This document shows positions 37,308-49,655 of a stretch of DNA of 64,000 nt, piece after piece. The stretch comes from Nemertoderma westbladi. Its lineage: Eukaryota > Animalia > Xenacoelomorpha. The translations under genes were made by a program, and so were the position numbers. Each line of letters opens with the position of its first letter. Position 1 is the first letter of the stretch. Where the stretch lies: contig JAUCBJ010005512.1 in NCBI GenBank assembly GCA_032718475.1, positions 1 to 64,000 on the forward strand. The letters are read 5' to 3'. Under the pieces are notes generated by a model. The model did not search any database. It saw only the letters and a program-made list of their open reading frames with translations, and was not told the origin of the DNA.

Positions 37308-40300
37308 ATGTCTGATACTAAGCAGAACCTGTCAGACAGTTTATTAGATGTAACTATCTGCGACTCAGATAGAGGTGTAGAACCGTCTAGTCCTAAGTTC
37401 AGTTCACCTCCCACTGTGAGGAAGGTCATCCCTCCAGTAGTAATAACAGAACCTAGGCTGGTCCAACATCGTAGGTCTATCATAGGCACTCGAGCTCAGG
37501 TCAAGCGGGACCAAGAAGCAGCGGAACAGCAACAACCCGCGAGCCAAGAACTTATTTCTCAGCGGCCCGACAGCTCCAGTAGTGAAGATACTGTAGAACT
37601 GACACCCGAGCGCGGAGCAAAGATGACGGATGCGGTTTATTCGGATCCCCTTCTCATCCTTCCTGCAGCCGTACTCACTAGGTTATTGATCGCGGTGGAA
37701 GAACACCAGATCGATTGGGCGAGAAGTAAGCGATCAACTAAAGATAGTTATGAGGGATACACAAGGGAAGAACTGAAGTCTATGGTCGAGTCGCAATGGA
37801 ACTTCCCCGGACCCGGACTCCCGTTTGATTTATCAGAAGCTGCCTGGGAAGACATACACCGGATGGGAGTAGCCAAGGAAACCATCGATCCAGCTGTATG
37901 GAAGAGGTCCGCAGCCGGATACGCACAAGGATTCTTCAGCTCTATGGAGCGAGTAGAAAAACAACAACCTCAAGGACCTCAAGAGCAGGGACAACTGCTT
38001 TATCAAGTTAGAGAAAGAATTCTGCGAATTAGGCTAATCTTATCGGCCTTTGAGGAGGCTTCTAAAAGAAGACAAGACACGTCGTTGCAAGTTGCCGTAA
38101 AGACTTGGTTTCAACGTGTGAGTCGCCAGGTTCAAGGAACAGCTCAGTGGAAAGCTCAGCTGGAGGAGCGCTCAACCCATGGAGAATCAACAGACGCTAC
38201 TTTTTCCCAAGTGGAAAGTGAAGCGACGGCAGAGAAACCGCATAAGAGGGATGCCATTGACATCTATCTGTCAGACTATCAGCGTTTTTTGGGAGACGAA
38301 GAGTTGAGGAGAAGGCTAGATGGACTTAGCCCTAATAGTGAAGGAGCCCAGCGTGTGTTGGACGCAATTGATGTGGATAGGTTAGCGGCGAACCAAGCTA
38401 AATTCGATGAACAACTCCGCATCGCTAGAGACCAAGAAGAAAGGGTGAAGAAAAAACGCATAGAAGACAGAAAGAAAGCAGCAGTAGCAGCGGCAGAAGC
38501 GGAACGAAAAGCGGTAGAAGTGGATAGAAAAGCGGCAGAGGAAGCGGCAGAGGCAGCGGCAGAGGCAAAAGCGGCAGCGGCAGAGGCAAAAGCGGCAGCT
38601 GCAGCAGTAGAAGCCGAAAGAAAGGTGGCCGAAGCGGAAAGAAAGGTGGCAGCAGCAGAAGCGAAAAGAAAAGCATCTGAAATGGAAAGAAAAGCGGCAA
38701 TGGCAGCGGCAGAAGCAGAACGGATAGCGGCTGAAGAGATCGCCCAATTAGAATTGGAAAATATTCAGGAGAATCAAGACTGCATAAATAAACAGTTAAC
38801 AGCTAGTAATATGCAGATGATGAATCGATCTACTCCCAAAAGACAGGGATATACATCATCTGAGGAAGGCGATACCACCGATACTGAAGGCAAAGGAAAT
38901 AGATCTCACCTAAGCAGACGCAAAAGAACATTCCACCGTCAAAAATTGCCTGATTTGCCTCCAGCTGTTAGAAGGCAACTAAATAACACCAACTTAGGTA
39001 GTACAGAACCCACAGACCAAATAATTACAATAGAGAGACTCCCTACTATAGTAGATGAGCCTGAAATAGTTAGGTCTGTTCCCGAAGCCACCCTTTCGGT
39101 CGTAGAGACACCTGTCCTCCCTGAACCTACCTCTCAATTCCCTTTGCACAGCACTAAGCTACCTGTGCCCAGCAGAACAGCCCATGAGACAGTTCATGCC
39201 CTGGACTCCGAGCAAAATATTCATGATTTGTCGCCCGTTGTCCCTCGTCCGCCCGCTACAACGTTGGCGAATCCCGCTTCGGCGGTTGAATGGGTGGATG
39301 AGAGACAACGGGGGATGGATCTCCTGCTCGGACAGATGCAGGAGACCGTTCAGCAATTCAAGGGCACAGTAAGGGAAAGTAGGCTAGAGTTGCAAGAAGT
39401 GCAGCAAAGTATCGCGTTAGAACGCGATAAATTAGTAAATACACAAAAGGGTATACCACCACCCCCTGTAACAATGTGTCAACCTGTTAGGTCTGAAGTA
39501 TCTCATGCGCGCGCAAGGTGTGGAGCCTACACGCATCTATACTGCTAGCGAAGTAGAAACTCCTATAGTGAACCCTATTAAGGGTAATTATAGACCTGTT
39601 GATAATGATATTCCCTATAGACCGGATCATAATCCGAGAAATTTATATACCGATAACTCGATATTAAATAACACGATGGCCCAAGAAAGTTTTACGCGTC
39701 AAATGGCTAGAACCGAAGCCCGGCAAGCGGTAAAGGTGGGAGAGATCGTCAAGTTCAATGGAGATGAGATGAAATGGTTACCTTTTAATGAATATTACAA
39801 AGATAACATACAGAACTCTGTGCTATCTAATGGAGAGAAACTTAGATTCCTCATCGAGTGCTTGGAAGGATCTCCCAAGTTAATGGCGTTAAAGTTTATT
39901 GGACATCCAGACGGATTAAGACAAGTTTGGGATACACTAAACATCAGGTATGGTAATAGGAATAACATAGCTGGGTATTTGTATGCAAAGTTGGTAGCGC
40001 CCCGAAAGTTTCTTAGCAGCGGGATTATAGAGTTTTCCGATGAAATTCAGGAGATCTGCAGACAATTAGATTGGCTAGGTAAGTCTCATGAGTATCAGAG
40101 TGCTATGGTTATTAGAGCAGTGGCTTCTACTTTACCGAAGGGTGGAGTAGGTACACGCTGGGATAAGAAAGTGTTATATATGATGGAACAACAACGACGA
40201 GATCCTACCATGGCTGATCTCATGTCATTCCTAGATGGAGAAGTGAAATTACAGCTCCTGAAACTGTCCAGAGAGAAGACACCGGAAAACAAGGTAAGTG

Positions 40301-42324
40301 AAAAACCCGTCGCTAGGAGAAAGGTAACACCAGTGTGTTATACAGATGATGGCGAAAGCCAGACTTCTCAAGGAGAAGATAGCGGGAAAGACACTGACAG
40401 ATCTTATTACGTAAATAAAATGCCTAAAGATCAGGTAAGTAAATTCAAGTCTCGAACAAATGACAGGAGAGAACAGGTAAGAAAAACTCCTCCTACGTCT
40501 CCCAAGAGAATTCAGGTGAGAAAGCCCGAAGAAAAAGCAAGTGTACACAATGTTACTCAGAGTAAGGTAAGTAACATCAAACCGAAATGTGCGCTATGTG
40601 ATGGGACCCATCGCTTAAATATGTGTGATGAATTTCTAAAGAAATCATTAACTGAGAGACGTGAAGTCATGTGGGACAAGCGGTTGTGCTATAATTGCCT
40701 CAGACGAGGACACCAACGGCGAACCTGTTACTCCGACGCAAGGTGTGCAAAGTGCGGTGCGAAACATCATATCTTGTTGCACACTGAATTCGAGCGAAAT
40801 AGTCCGAGTCAGGTGAGTGATTCCGAACTACATGTGCAATTCAGTGATGTGAACGACACTGATCAATCTGAGATGGAAGGATTCTATACGGACGAGTTCT
40901 CCGACGAAAACGAATCCTGTTACATGATAAATACCGCAGTGTATCGAGCACTCACTCATGAAAAAGATACAGACAGCGACCTCACCCTAACTACTTCAGA
41001 TCAACAACAATCTTGGAAAGCGCCAACTTCAAATGTAGGAATCTGAGAATTTCCTGTAGTCCAGTTACGGGTCCACGGACCTCAGAAGAGCTATATAGTG
41101 AACGCCCTCCTGGACTCCGGCAGCACAGGAACATTCATCGATAAAGAACTAGCCGAAGACATCTTTGCTGGACAACCCAAGTTCCGAACCAAGCTAAACA
41201 TGTCAGGGATCATGCAGGTTTGGAAATCTGCTGTGGCTGCCGACTATTATATAGGTGAGTTGTCCACACCACAGGATAAACTAGGAGAATACAGTATAAG
41301 GTCAGTCAAAATGGTGGCAATAAAGAACTTCGCTACCACCCAAGTGGAACCTTATAATTGGGACGAAGATGATCATGCCCAACAACTTAACATTCCTAGA
41401 TTCGACACCGATTATCCTGGAGTACAAATATTAATCGGTCAAAACGCGCATGAGGCGCTGGAGACATTGGAGAAACGACCTGCTCAACCGCAACCACTTC
41501 AGACCTATGCGGTAAGAACTAGAGTAGGTTGGTACCTTACTGGACCTTCCCGAAGAACGCTCAGAGAAAGACTGCTTCAAGATCGCGTCTGCCAAGTGAG
41601 TGAATGGGAAGATGATACTAGTGAGGGAGACGACCCAACTGAGGGAACACCATACTCCTCAGATAATGACGATATTAGCTCCAATGTAGATCAATGGAGA
41701 TATTGCCCCAAGAAGTTTAATCCAACTGACATCGCTTCCAGAGGAGCAACTCCTCAAGAACTGACAGATACTACAGACCGGTTAGGTGAACCCGACTTCC
41801 TGAGTAAGGAGGATGAATGGCCTCCCCATCTTACTCCGACTGAGATTAGACCAGCCAAGGGAGCGGAGAAAGTCAAACCTAAAACCCGGACGGGTGGATC
41901 GGAGTTATTTGAACCCGGGATAGATCTGTCGGTATTACATATTGCCAGAGACGACGCCGTGGATCTGGACCTCCCCACCGCGAGTGGATCCTCCATGAAG
42001 ATCAGAGAGAGCGATTGGAGCTCTGGAACATCAGACGTCTCGCAGGGACTCTCACCTCTCCTGCAGGGAGCGACGGACCACTATAGCTCCTGGAATCGGC
42101 TTTGTAAGGCCGTCGTGTACCTAGAGCGATGTTTCTATCGTCACTATTCCAGGACGAAGAGGAAACCTGGAATTGTATTCGGGATGCAGCGACTCAATCA
42201 CCCAGTCGGTCGTTTGTGTTTACCGGAAGGGAATGGAGGACTCTCCGGAAACTGTGGAAGGCAAGATTCTCTTCCCACGACCACCTCCCTAATCCTTCAA
42301 ACATCTAGGGACTCCATAACGTAA
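37308..42324 (+). pseudogene. gag-pol: gag-protease-(delta RT, delta IN) polyprotein of element 1
   Basis: Three ORF pieces joined by a frameshift near 39507 and a TGA at 41044. Triple Zn knuckle and ALLDSGS protease present. RT and most of RNase H are missing at ~41675; integrase is missing at ~42158. Confidence 0.92.
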
Positions 42325-43970
42325 CAACATATGGAGTGGGTGTGTGACTCTATTATTTTGTATTTGTTTTATTTTTATATTTATGTATGTATTATTATGT
42401 AATTTTATTTTAATCGTTTTATTTAATTTTATTTAGTAGTATGGTATTTTAGAGATTATTTAGTAGATTAGTGCAATATATATTCGCGTTTATTATTTAA
42501 TTACGTATATTATATATTTAGTGCGACGGCGAGAAATAATTCTTTTTCTCTTTCCTTACTGCCCGTATTACATTATCAATACGTGACTACAGTAAGATGA
42601 AATCTTCGTACTTATTAAAGTACAATAAAGCCACTACTATATTCAAGTATTATTGGTAGGCAGAGTATTAGGAATGCAAAGTTCAGATCCTCGTGTCTCG
42701 GCTAAACCAAGCTCTGGGTAGACCTTGGAAACGACTTGCCTCTTCACACTGACATTGCTTCGTGCGATATTGCTCTCATACCGTATATTAAATAATACAT
42801 ATAGTAGCGTGATGTCCCTTTAACAGTAGCGTATAACGCAAATTAAATCTGTTAAACCCTTTGACCATATGTAATTCTAGTCGATTAAGATATCGCAGCA
42901 CCCACCGATATACTTGAAAGACAAATTCTAGAATCAATGGTTAACGTCCCCAGACAAGTTCTGGAATAAACTGGTGCCCATCCTAAATATTAATTATTAA
43001 TATTTACAAAAATCTGTCAAATATCAGATCCTTTAAAATTCTAGTCGATTAAGATATCGTAGCACTTACCGATACTCTTAAAAGGACAAAATTCCTAGAA
43101 TCAAGGATCCCAGTCCCCAGACACGTTCTGGAATCAAATTGTGTCAATTTAACATTAAATAATAAAATTTACGGGAATAAATTTAAATTCATATATTTCA
43201 ATCAATTTAATAAATTGTCATTTTGTACAATTTATAACATTCCCAAAATTCCATTAATTAATAGATCATGGGAGCGGAGATTCACTCTATTAAGTGTATT
43301 TGTGTGCGAGAATCTCCAATGTATAGTCAATAGCCGATAAAATTCATAGAATCATGTATAAAGGGGATATTGACCATTAAAGAATTACTATTAAATAGCA
43401 TCCCAGATCTGTATGCATGAGAATTACCCTAATTCTACCGCTAGCTTTCCATAATGTCACCATGGCAACAACCACGCTAGAATTAGAAGTGAGTTAAAAG
43501 AACAATAGAAAGCATGCCCCATTGAATAGCATAGGGAATAAATAGCGCACTGCTAGTATCCAAGGATACATAATAAATACAGTGACATTCTGGAAGGTAC
43601 TGACTAACGGACAAATGGCCCGAATGTGTGATAGAATGTGTACAATTTGTGACAGTTACGTGGAATTTGTGCGTTTGTAGGTGAATGTTACTACTAAGGT
43701 GTGTTTACAGTAGCGAGTCGCAATTGTGAAAGTAACCCTAACTCTCCAGTAAGAACCTGAAGTATATCTAAGCCTTTGGGACGGACGGTGGAGTGGCTCG
43801 TGCTGGTTGTTGTAGTCGTTGTGCAGCTACGACGTTGGCGATAGGCACATCGGCGAAAGTACACCAGCGCTGAGGATCTCGCACTGTCCGGGGGCAGAGA
43901 GGGGTAGGCAGCGACGCCCGCTCGCCTGAATATAAACTCATTATAATATGGATAAATTTATATAGCAGAT

Positions 43971-45500
43971 ATGATTGAGTTGATAGAAGATGATCTTGGT
44001 ATCAGGGAGCGATATACTCTACCTTTACAAGCGTTTGTCGATATCTTGATACGCGGCGACGCTGGTCCAACTGCTGCGGAGGACGATGGTCGTTATATCG
44101 AACCGCCAATGTCCCAAGAGCAGCTCACGCGTGAGTTGGACTATAGAAAATTCACCGCTCGCTATACGCATCGTAATGGTACGTATGTGGACTTCTTAAC
44201 TACTGGTCATCCTATCGACCTACACGATACGGACGATATAGACACCGAAAGGGAAATGGTTTTATTTAAATATCATACCCAGCGGAAGCGGAACGATAAA
44301 TTGAGACTCGAACACGAAAATTCTATTCGAAACCGACTCGAAAGTGCAGATGTCGAAGAGCCGGATAAACGCAGCGACTCCACCAAATACCTGGAATTCT
44401 TGAGATAAACCTATCTCGATATTACCAGTCAACAGAATCTAGAAACTCTATATCCTCAAGGTATACATCATGACCGCATGGTAGAACTCAAACGGTTCTA
44501 TTCCACTATGATGTATCTTACCGCCGATCGACCGCTACCTGTTGTACCGGATAGCTTCGAACGGATGGAAGAATATTGTAAGCTGGAGAAAGATCACTCG
44601 CGTTTCCCCTACAAGACGTGCGTTATTGGTATTTTGCGATGAATGCCCAAGACCCAACCAACAAACGGAAAGACATAAACATCCGCGGAGACGTTGCACT
44701 AAACACGGTTTTACTCGCTATACTTGCGGGAGTTTCGAGCGAAATTTGTTTGACGTATCACCTACGCTCGTTCGACTCAGACAATCCTTAAATAAACCAA
44801 TGATCAGAGTTTCGGAATACTCGATCAGATCTCCTCATTCCCTAGTGAGACCTCAGACTCTTGATCCTATTAGTATGACGGATCCTCCCGAGCTGTACTC
44901 ACTGTTCAAAGATCTAGTGTTACCTGAACAATTAGTCGGTGGCACCCGGTTGTGGGCTTCCTAGATATTAGCCCATCCTACCTAGCCGGATTGGGACGCG
45001 GACATTTAATATCGCCGTTTAACCCTTACCATCGTCCCGGCTTAACACGATATACGCGATATAACCTGTCACCAAAGTGGCGGAGAACGTTGTACCAAAC
45101 GAGTTAAACGCTATTCTACAAAGATCAGAAAGGAAACCTGCGTTTGTTCAGATAAACGTAAGTTGTAACAGCAAGTCCAAGCGATAAACGAATTGTCTTT
45201 ATCTCAGTTCGATTGTGAAATCCAGAATCTCTAAGAAGATATCGAACTTAGACAACCCCATGCTCTGCGAGAGTTTTTGGATGAACGTATCCAGCTACGA
45301 GCGGAGGAAAATCAGCTCGAGGAGAAGCATATCGAAACGGCGGATACCCCGACCATAATCCTACACCTTCTGATGCAATCATATTGCACCCTTCACCCAG
45401 GATTTATAGCCCTCCTAGTAAAGTGGCTCGCCCCAAAGAGAAAAGGACTCTTGCTAGCCTCAAAAAACTGCGTAAACGCCGTCTGCGTAAGAAAGACTAA
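43971..45500 (+). pseudogene. Accessory 3' ORF of element 1 (unknown protein, disrupted)
   Basis: Protein-like frames continue through stops and frameshifts, including FCDEC..HKHPRRRCTKH and a basic tail KKLRKRRLRKKD*; the N-terminus is conserved at 63792. Confidence 0.7.
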
Positions 45501-45578
45501 CTGTTTAGAGTATCTTTATATTTTAGAAACTGTGATTTGTTATATTTTATAGACTTAAATCCCATTTTCTGGGAGCGG

Positions 45579-46746
45579 TGTAAAAGCTTTTGCGTCATTA
45601 ACCGGTTATTTTCCCTTAAAGTACTCTGTAGTTGGTTTGCCAGGCATAAAAAGGCCGTGTCCTTGCTGTACTGGTGTTTTAGAGGACATAAAAGTCATTT
45701 CTTCTGTATTTGTACTGTATTTGTACTTTAGAGGACATAATCCGCAATCTCGTGACGCGATAAGCTAGATACTCTTGAAAACAGTGTCGCTACCATGACG
45801 ACGGCTATCAGCTGATATTGCCACGTCGACATTTCTTTGTTTCTTTGTGCTCTCGTTGTTCGGTTGACCAATCAGAGCGTTTTTTGTCTCTGTGTTGGAG
45901 GTGTATACAGAACTCAGTAGTTCAGTGTTATGTTTTTGCCCAGAGCCTAAGAACATCGGCTTTTGGCACCTCCGTGTTTTCAGTCTTTAGTCTTACATTA
46001 GTAGGCTTAATTATAGAACGTATATCTGTTATCACGAGTTACACAAGTTAACTCATTCACTTAATAATCATTTATACATTAATATTACTGCTTTTACTGT
46101 CGGTTATTCATTATATTGGTTGATGAATTATTATATCGGAATACTGATCAATAGTCAGACACCCCACCTTCTTGATATACTAAAGGTTAGAGAGACCGGT
46201 TACAGATAAACGATTGCGACCTATGTTGAGTGGTTTGAAGTGAATCTAATGCTATTTCATATGCCCAACATAAATTGTCTGTTGCTCTCTTTATACGTGA
46301 CCAAATTTAGTGAAGGTCGGCAGATTAGTGTGCAGTATTGTGCAGCATTGTGTATGAGTGTAACTGATAACAAAGCATCTCCTAAAGAATGCGCCATATA
46401 CGTGAATCTATAGCCTTTTCGTTGTGTCTAGTTTAAGCCATAACTCTGTTTACATATTTAGAGCGCCACGTCCTAAAGGAACTGTTAATATTTCCCGAAA
46501 GTGAATAATATTTGTCAGAGATTATATATTACGATCAGTCGAATAATACAGTAGGCTTACACCATCAATCATTAAGCCCCGAACTCAGTCTCCCGGGTAT
46601 ATCCAACGGGTGAATGATTGCGCATAGACTGGCTTCGGCTAATGTAGTGTATCAAATACTCGTCATAGGCTAAAGACTATCTATCATCCAAAAGACATTC
46701 TAATTTTGGCAGGTTAAACTGTCAAAGGTCTTCAAAAGCGCAAACA
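45579..46746 (+). repeat. 3' LTR of element 1
   Basis: Near-identical to 33934-35101, preceded by a purine-rich tract. Confidence 0.96.
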
Positions 46747-47807
46747 GGCTTGAGGCAATTTGATTCATGAATGAGGATCTGACAGGCTCACATACTGACA
46801 TACGTCGGCGTCGGGGCTATTAAATAACATAATACAGTATATATTCTCATGCACACCACTTGATTGTGAACCGGGACAGCTAATTTACCGACCAAAGCTT
46901 ACCTTTTCAGATATAAATAACGATAAGTTGAGATATAAGAGTTGTTAATATAACGGAATCTCCATATCATCACCAAATATACATAAATTGACCATCAAAT
47001 ATAAACATTGTATATATACAGTAAATATATATATATATATATAAACAAGTACAGCGCCAGAATGAGGCAATAATGGTGCCGGGTGAATGGCTGATGGTAA
47101 GGAAGGGAAATGTAAGATGTCGTGAGTATAGATAGAGCGATATTAAGGTTTCTTTTAAGGTTAATTAAGGTTTCAATGACAAATGCTAATTTTTTTTTTA
47201 ATTATTATATTAAAAGAAAAATTATTAATAGAAGGACTATTATTAATAGGAGGGCTGGGGCAATATTGTTAATAAGGCAGGTGGGTATACTAGGGGTACC
47301 ACCTACCTTACCTGTCTTACTTTCTTATTTTTCTTTGGACAAGCCTGGGCTGGGATAATGTGAATTCTATCTGGTCTGGATGCTAATGTTTACTTCAACA
47401 AAGTTTGCCTTGTTCGCCTGAGGAGACATTTTCATTAAAGTGAATATACAATAAAATGTAAAATGTGTATAAATGTCATAGAAATGGGATCTTTGGGAGG
47501 GGGGTCACATGTTTTTATTTGGTTTTCTTATTATTTGCTTGTGTTCGTTATAATTTTGGTTTTCATGGGTGATAAAATTAAATCAAAATTAAAAATTCAA
47601 TATTTTTTTGCATCAGTTATTAAGTATAGTGACCGTTTCTCTCAAGGGGGGGCACGTGCCCCCGTGCCCCCGTGCCCCCGTGCCCCCCCTCTGGATCCGC
47701 CCCTGCCCCTTTCCACTAGACCTACAAATCACTATAAGGTTGAAGAATGACTGTGCTGTAACTGGTGCAATATCGGCGGATATACTTTTCTTAAACGCTT
47801 GTAGCTA

Positions 47808-47933
47808 AAGAATGAAGGCAAAAATAAAAATTATGGCTCACCCAGTAAGGAGGAGTTCGTGAAACTGTTATAGAATGAAGGCAAAAATAAAAATTATGGC
47901 TCATCCAGCAAGGAGGAGTTCGTGAAACTGTTA
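47808..47933. repeat. Two-copy ~62-bp tandem duplication
   Basis: agaatgaaggcaaaaataaaaattatggctca...gtgaaactgttat occurs twice. Confidence 0.85.
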
Positions 47934-48276
47934 TATCTATGTATTTCAAATTACATGCAATCTGATGAACATGTGTGAGTAAAATTAGGGAGGGGGGGGG
48001 GGGGGGGGGGGCTGGTACCTGAATAACACCACTATATCCAAGACATTGTGTAAATAGGTGTATTATATATACGTACATTAATTTTTAATGGAAACGTTTT
48101 CTTCATAGAGTTGGGAGTGGGACATTTTCACACAATAATTTGGTTAACGGGATTTTTGGAAGAATTCCTAACCTGGGTACAGTATAAGAAGTATATGCGG
48201 TCCGGTTTAACGTCATCATTCATAATCCATCATTACTGTATATCTCCACGTTCACAATAACTCAATATTTTGGCAG

Positions 48277-48449
48277 AGAACCAACTACAAAGACAACTGG
48301 AGTCTATGGTTGAGCGTCATGGCGACCACTGTGGGAACGACTTTGTGGCAGCGAAATGCGACATTCAATGTCTGTTCGGCTGGAAGCACGATGACAACAA
48401 CTGCCCAACATGCGAATGCGTTGCTGAGGGAGATGAGCCCTTGTACCAG
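48277..48449 (+). CDS. Astacin gene exon 2: antistasin-like Cys module and start of propeptide motif
   Basis: ggcag|AG acceptor in phase 1; CGNDFVAAKCDIQCLFGWKHDDNNCPTCEC; ends EPLYQ|gtaaat. Confidence 0.85.
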
Positions 48450-48682
48450 GTAAATAAACTCATAGAGATAATTGGAATTCCTTTAGTCTTTAACATTTTT
48501 TCAATCAAATTATTATTTACAGTAATATGATGAACTATTGTAATTACGATAACAAAAAAATTAAACTTTCTTCTTCTAAAGAAAACATATATAATAGAAT
48601 TGAGAAAGCACTAATTACCGTAGTTATTCAACGTTATAGACATGTACTTAAAATGACTACAATATTTATTATTATTTGTCAG

Positions 48683-48790
48683 GGAGACATCAAATTGTCC
48701 CCGGCGGCGAAAGATATCATTTCAGGATTTAAAAGAGGCACTGTTAGCAACCTCAAGTTGCGATGGACAGATTACGATGACGGCTGCGGA
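48683..48790 (+). CDS. Astacin gene exon 3: GDI aspartate-switch motif, KR cleavage site, mature N-terminus
   Basis: tgtcag|GDIKLSPAAKDIISGFKRGTVSNLKLRWTDYDDGCG|gttagt; the spliced LYQGDI matches the astacin FXGDI motif. Confidence 0.85.
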
Positions 48791-49239
48791 GTTAGTTTAT
48801 ACATTATAATATTATATTGCCTTTAAAATATCCCCTATTGACCGCCAAGTGCGGCCAATAAAGTAAATTGTAAATTATCCAATCAATCTTCCAAAAATGT
48901 GGATAATAATATTATCCACATTTTGGATAATAATATTATCCACATGCAATAATATTATTGTATACTACAGTATCAACGATGTAGAAGATGCTGTATTCTG
49001 TTGATTATTTATTCTACATGTAGATCAGTAATTATTAATAAATTTAGTATTTAAATGTTTAATACAGTACAGTAGTAGGATTTTTGCTCCGGTAGCGGAT
49101 AACGTTATGGGACACCAGGGAAACTTGGGGGTCCTGGAATAAACAATTATTATTATTATTATAGTAGCTAGTTGAATCGAATTTTTGGTTTGATTATTTG
49201 ATTAACATTCTGAAATATCATCTTCACTGGTGTGTATGA

Positions 49240-49655
49240 CTTCTGCTATTTGGGATCATAGATCCGAAAGTCAGGTGAAAACCGTCGGATACGTAAGGGA
49301 AAGTATGGGCAGCATTGAATAATCTGTCCAGGATTTGATAGTCCCATAGAATAAAATGGAACCTCAAGGATTGATTATTTATGGCAGCAGTAATACCATA
49401 TGGGAGATGCTGGGTTCTACAGTAACTTCAGAGGACAACAAATCTCTGGATGGCACTTATACAAGGCAAGAATGCTGCGCCGGGTTCATTGTATCAAGTA
49501 CAATGAGCATATCTCCAATCAGACTCTATACAACATTGGATGTGTTTCATTAGTCTTCCCTAGCATGACACTTGAACATAACCGCCTCCGCTTTGCAGGA
49601 CATTGGTTTAGCCGTGAGGACCAGTCAGTGCATAATCTTGTGCTTTGGCTGTTAA
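49240..49655 (+). mobile_element. Degenerate RTE-like LINE 3' fragment
   Basis: KSLDGTYTR and LRFAGHWFSREDQSVHNLVLW, similar to the other LINE copies. Confidence 0.75.

Larger units (their letters stand above)
33934..46746 (+). mobile_element. BEL/Pao LTR retrotransposon, internally deleted non-autonomous copy (element 1), TSD GGCTT
   Basis: Two 1168-bp TG..CA LTRs with only about four differences seen; ggctt at 33929-33933 and 46747-46751; PPT-like gggagcgg at 45571-45578; Gag and protease homology to the ORF at 55409. Confidence 0.96.

Noticed and set aside
38279-38747. Cys/Arg/Phe-rich and Leu/Pro-rich minus-strand ORFs
   Set aside because: Antisense shadows of the GCA/GAA-rich Gag repeat; the same applies to the minus-strand ORFs inside 55409-62170.
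43971-45500. env gene
   Set aside because: No signal peptide, transmembrane segment or glycoprotein-like Cys pattern is visible.
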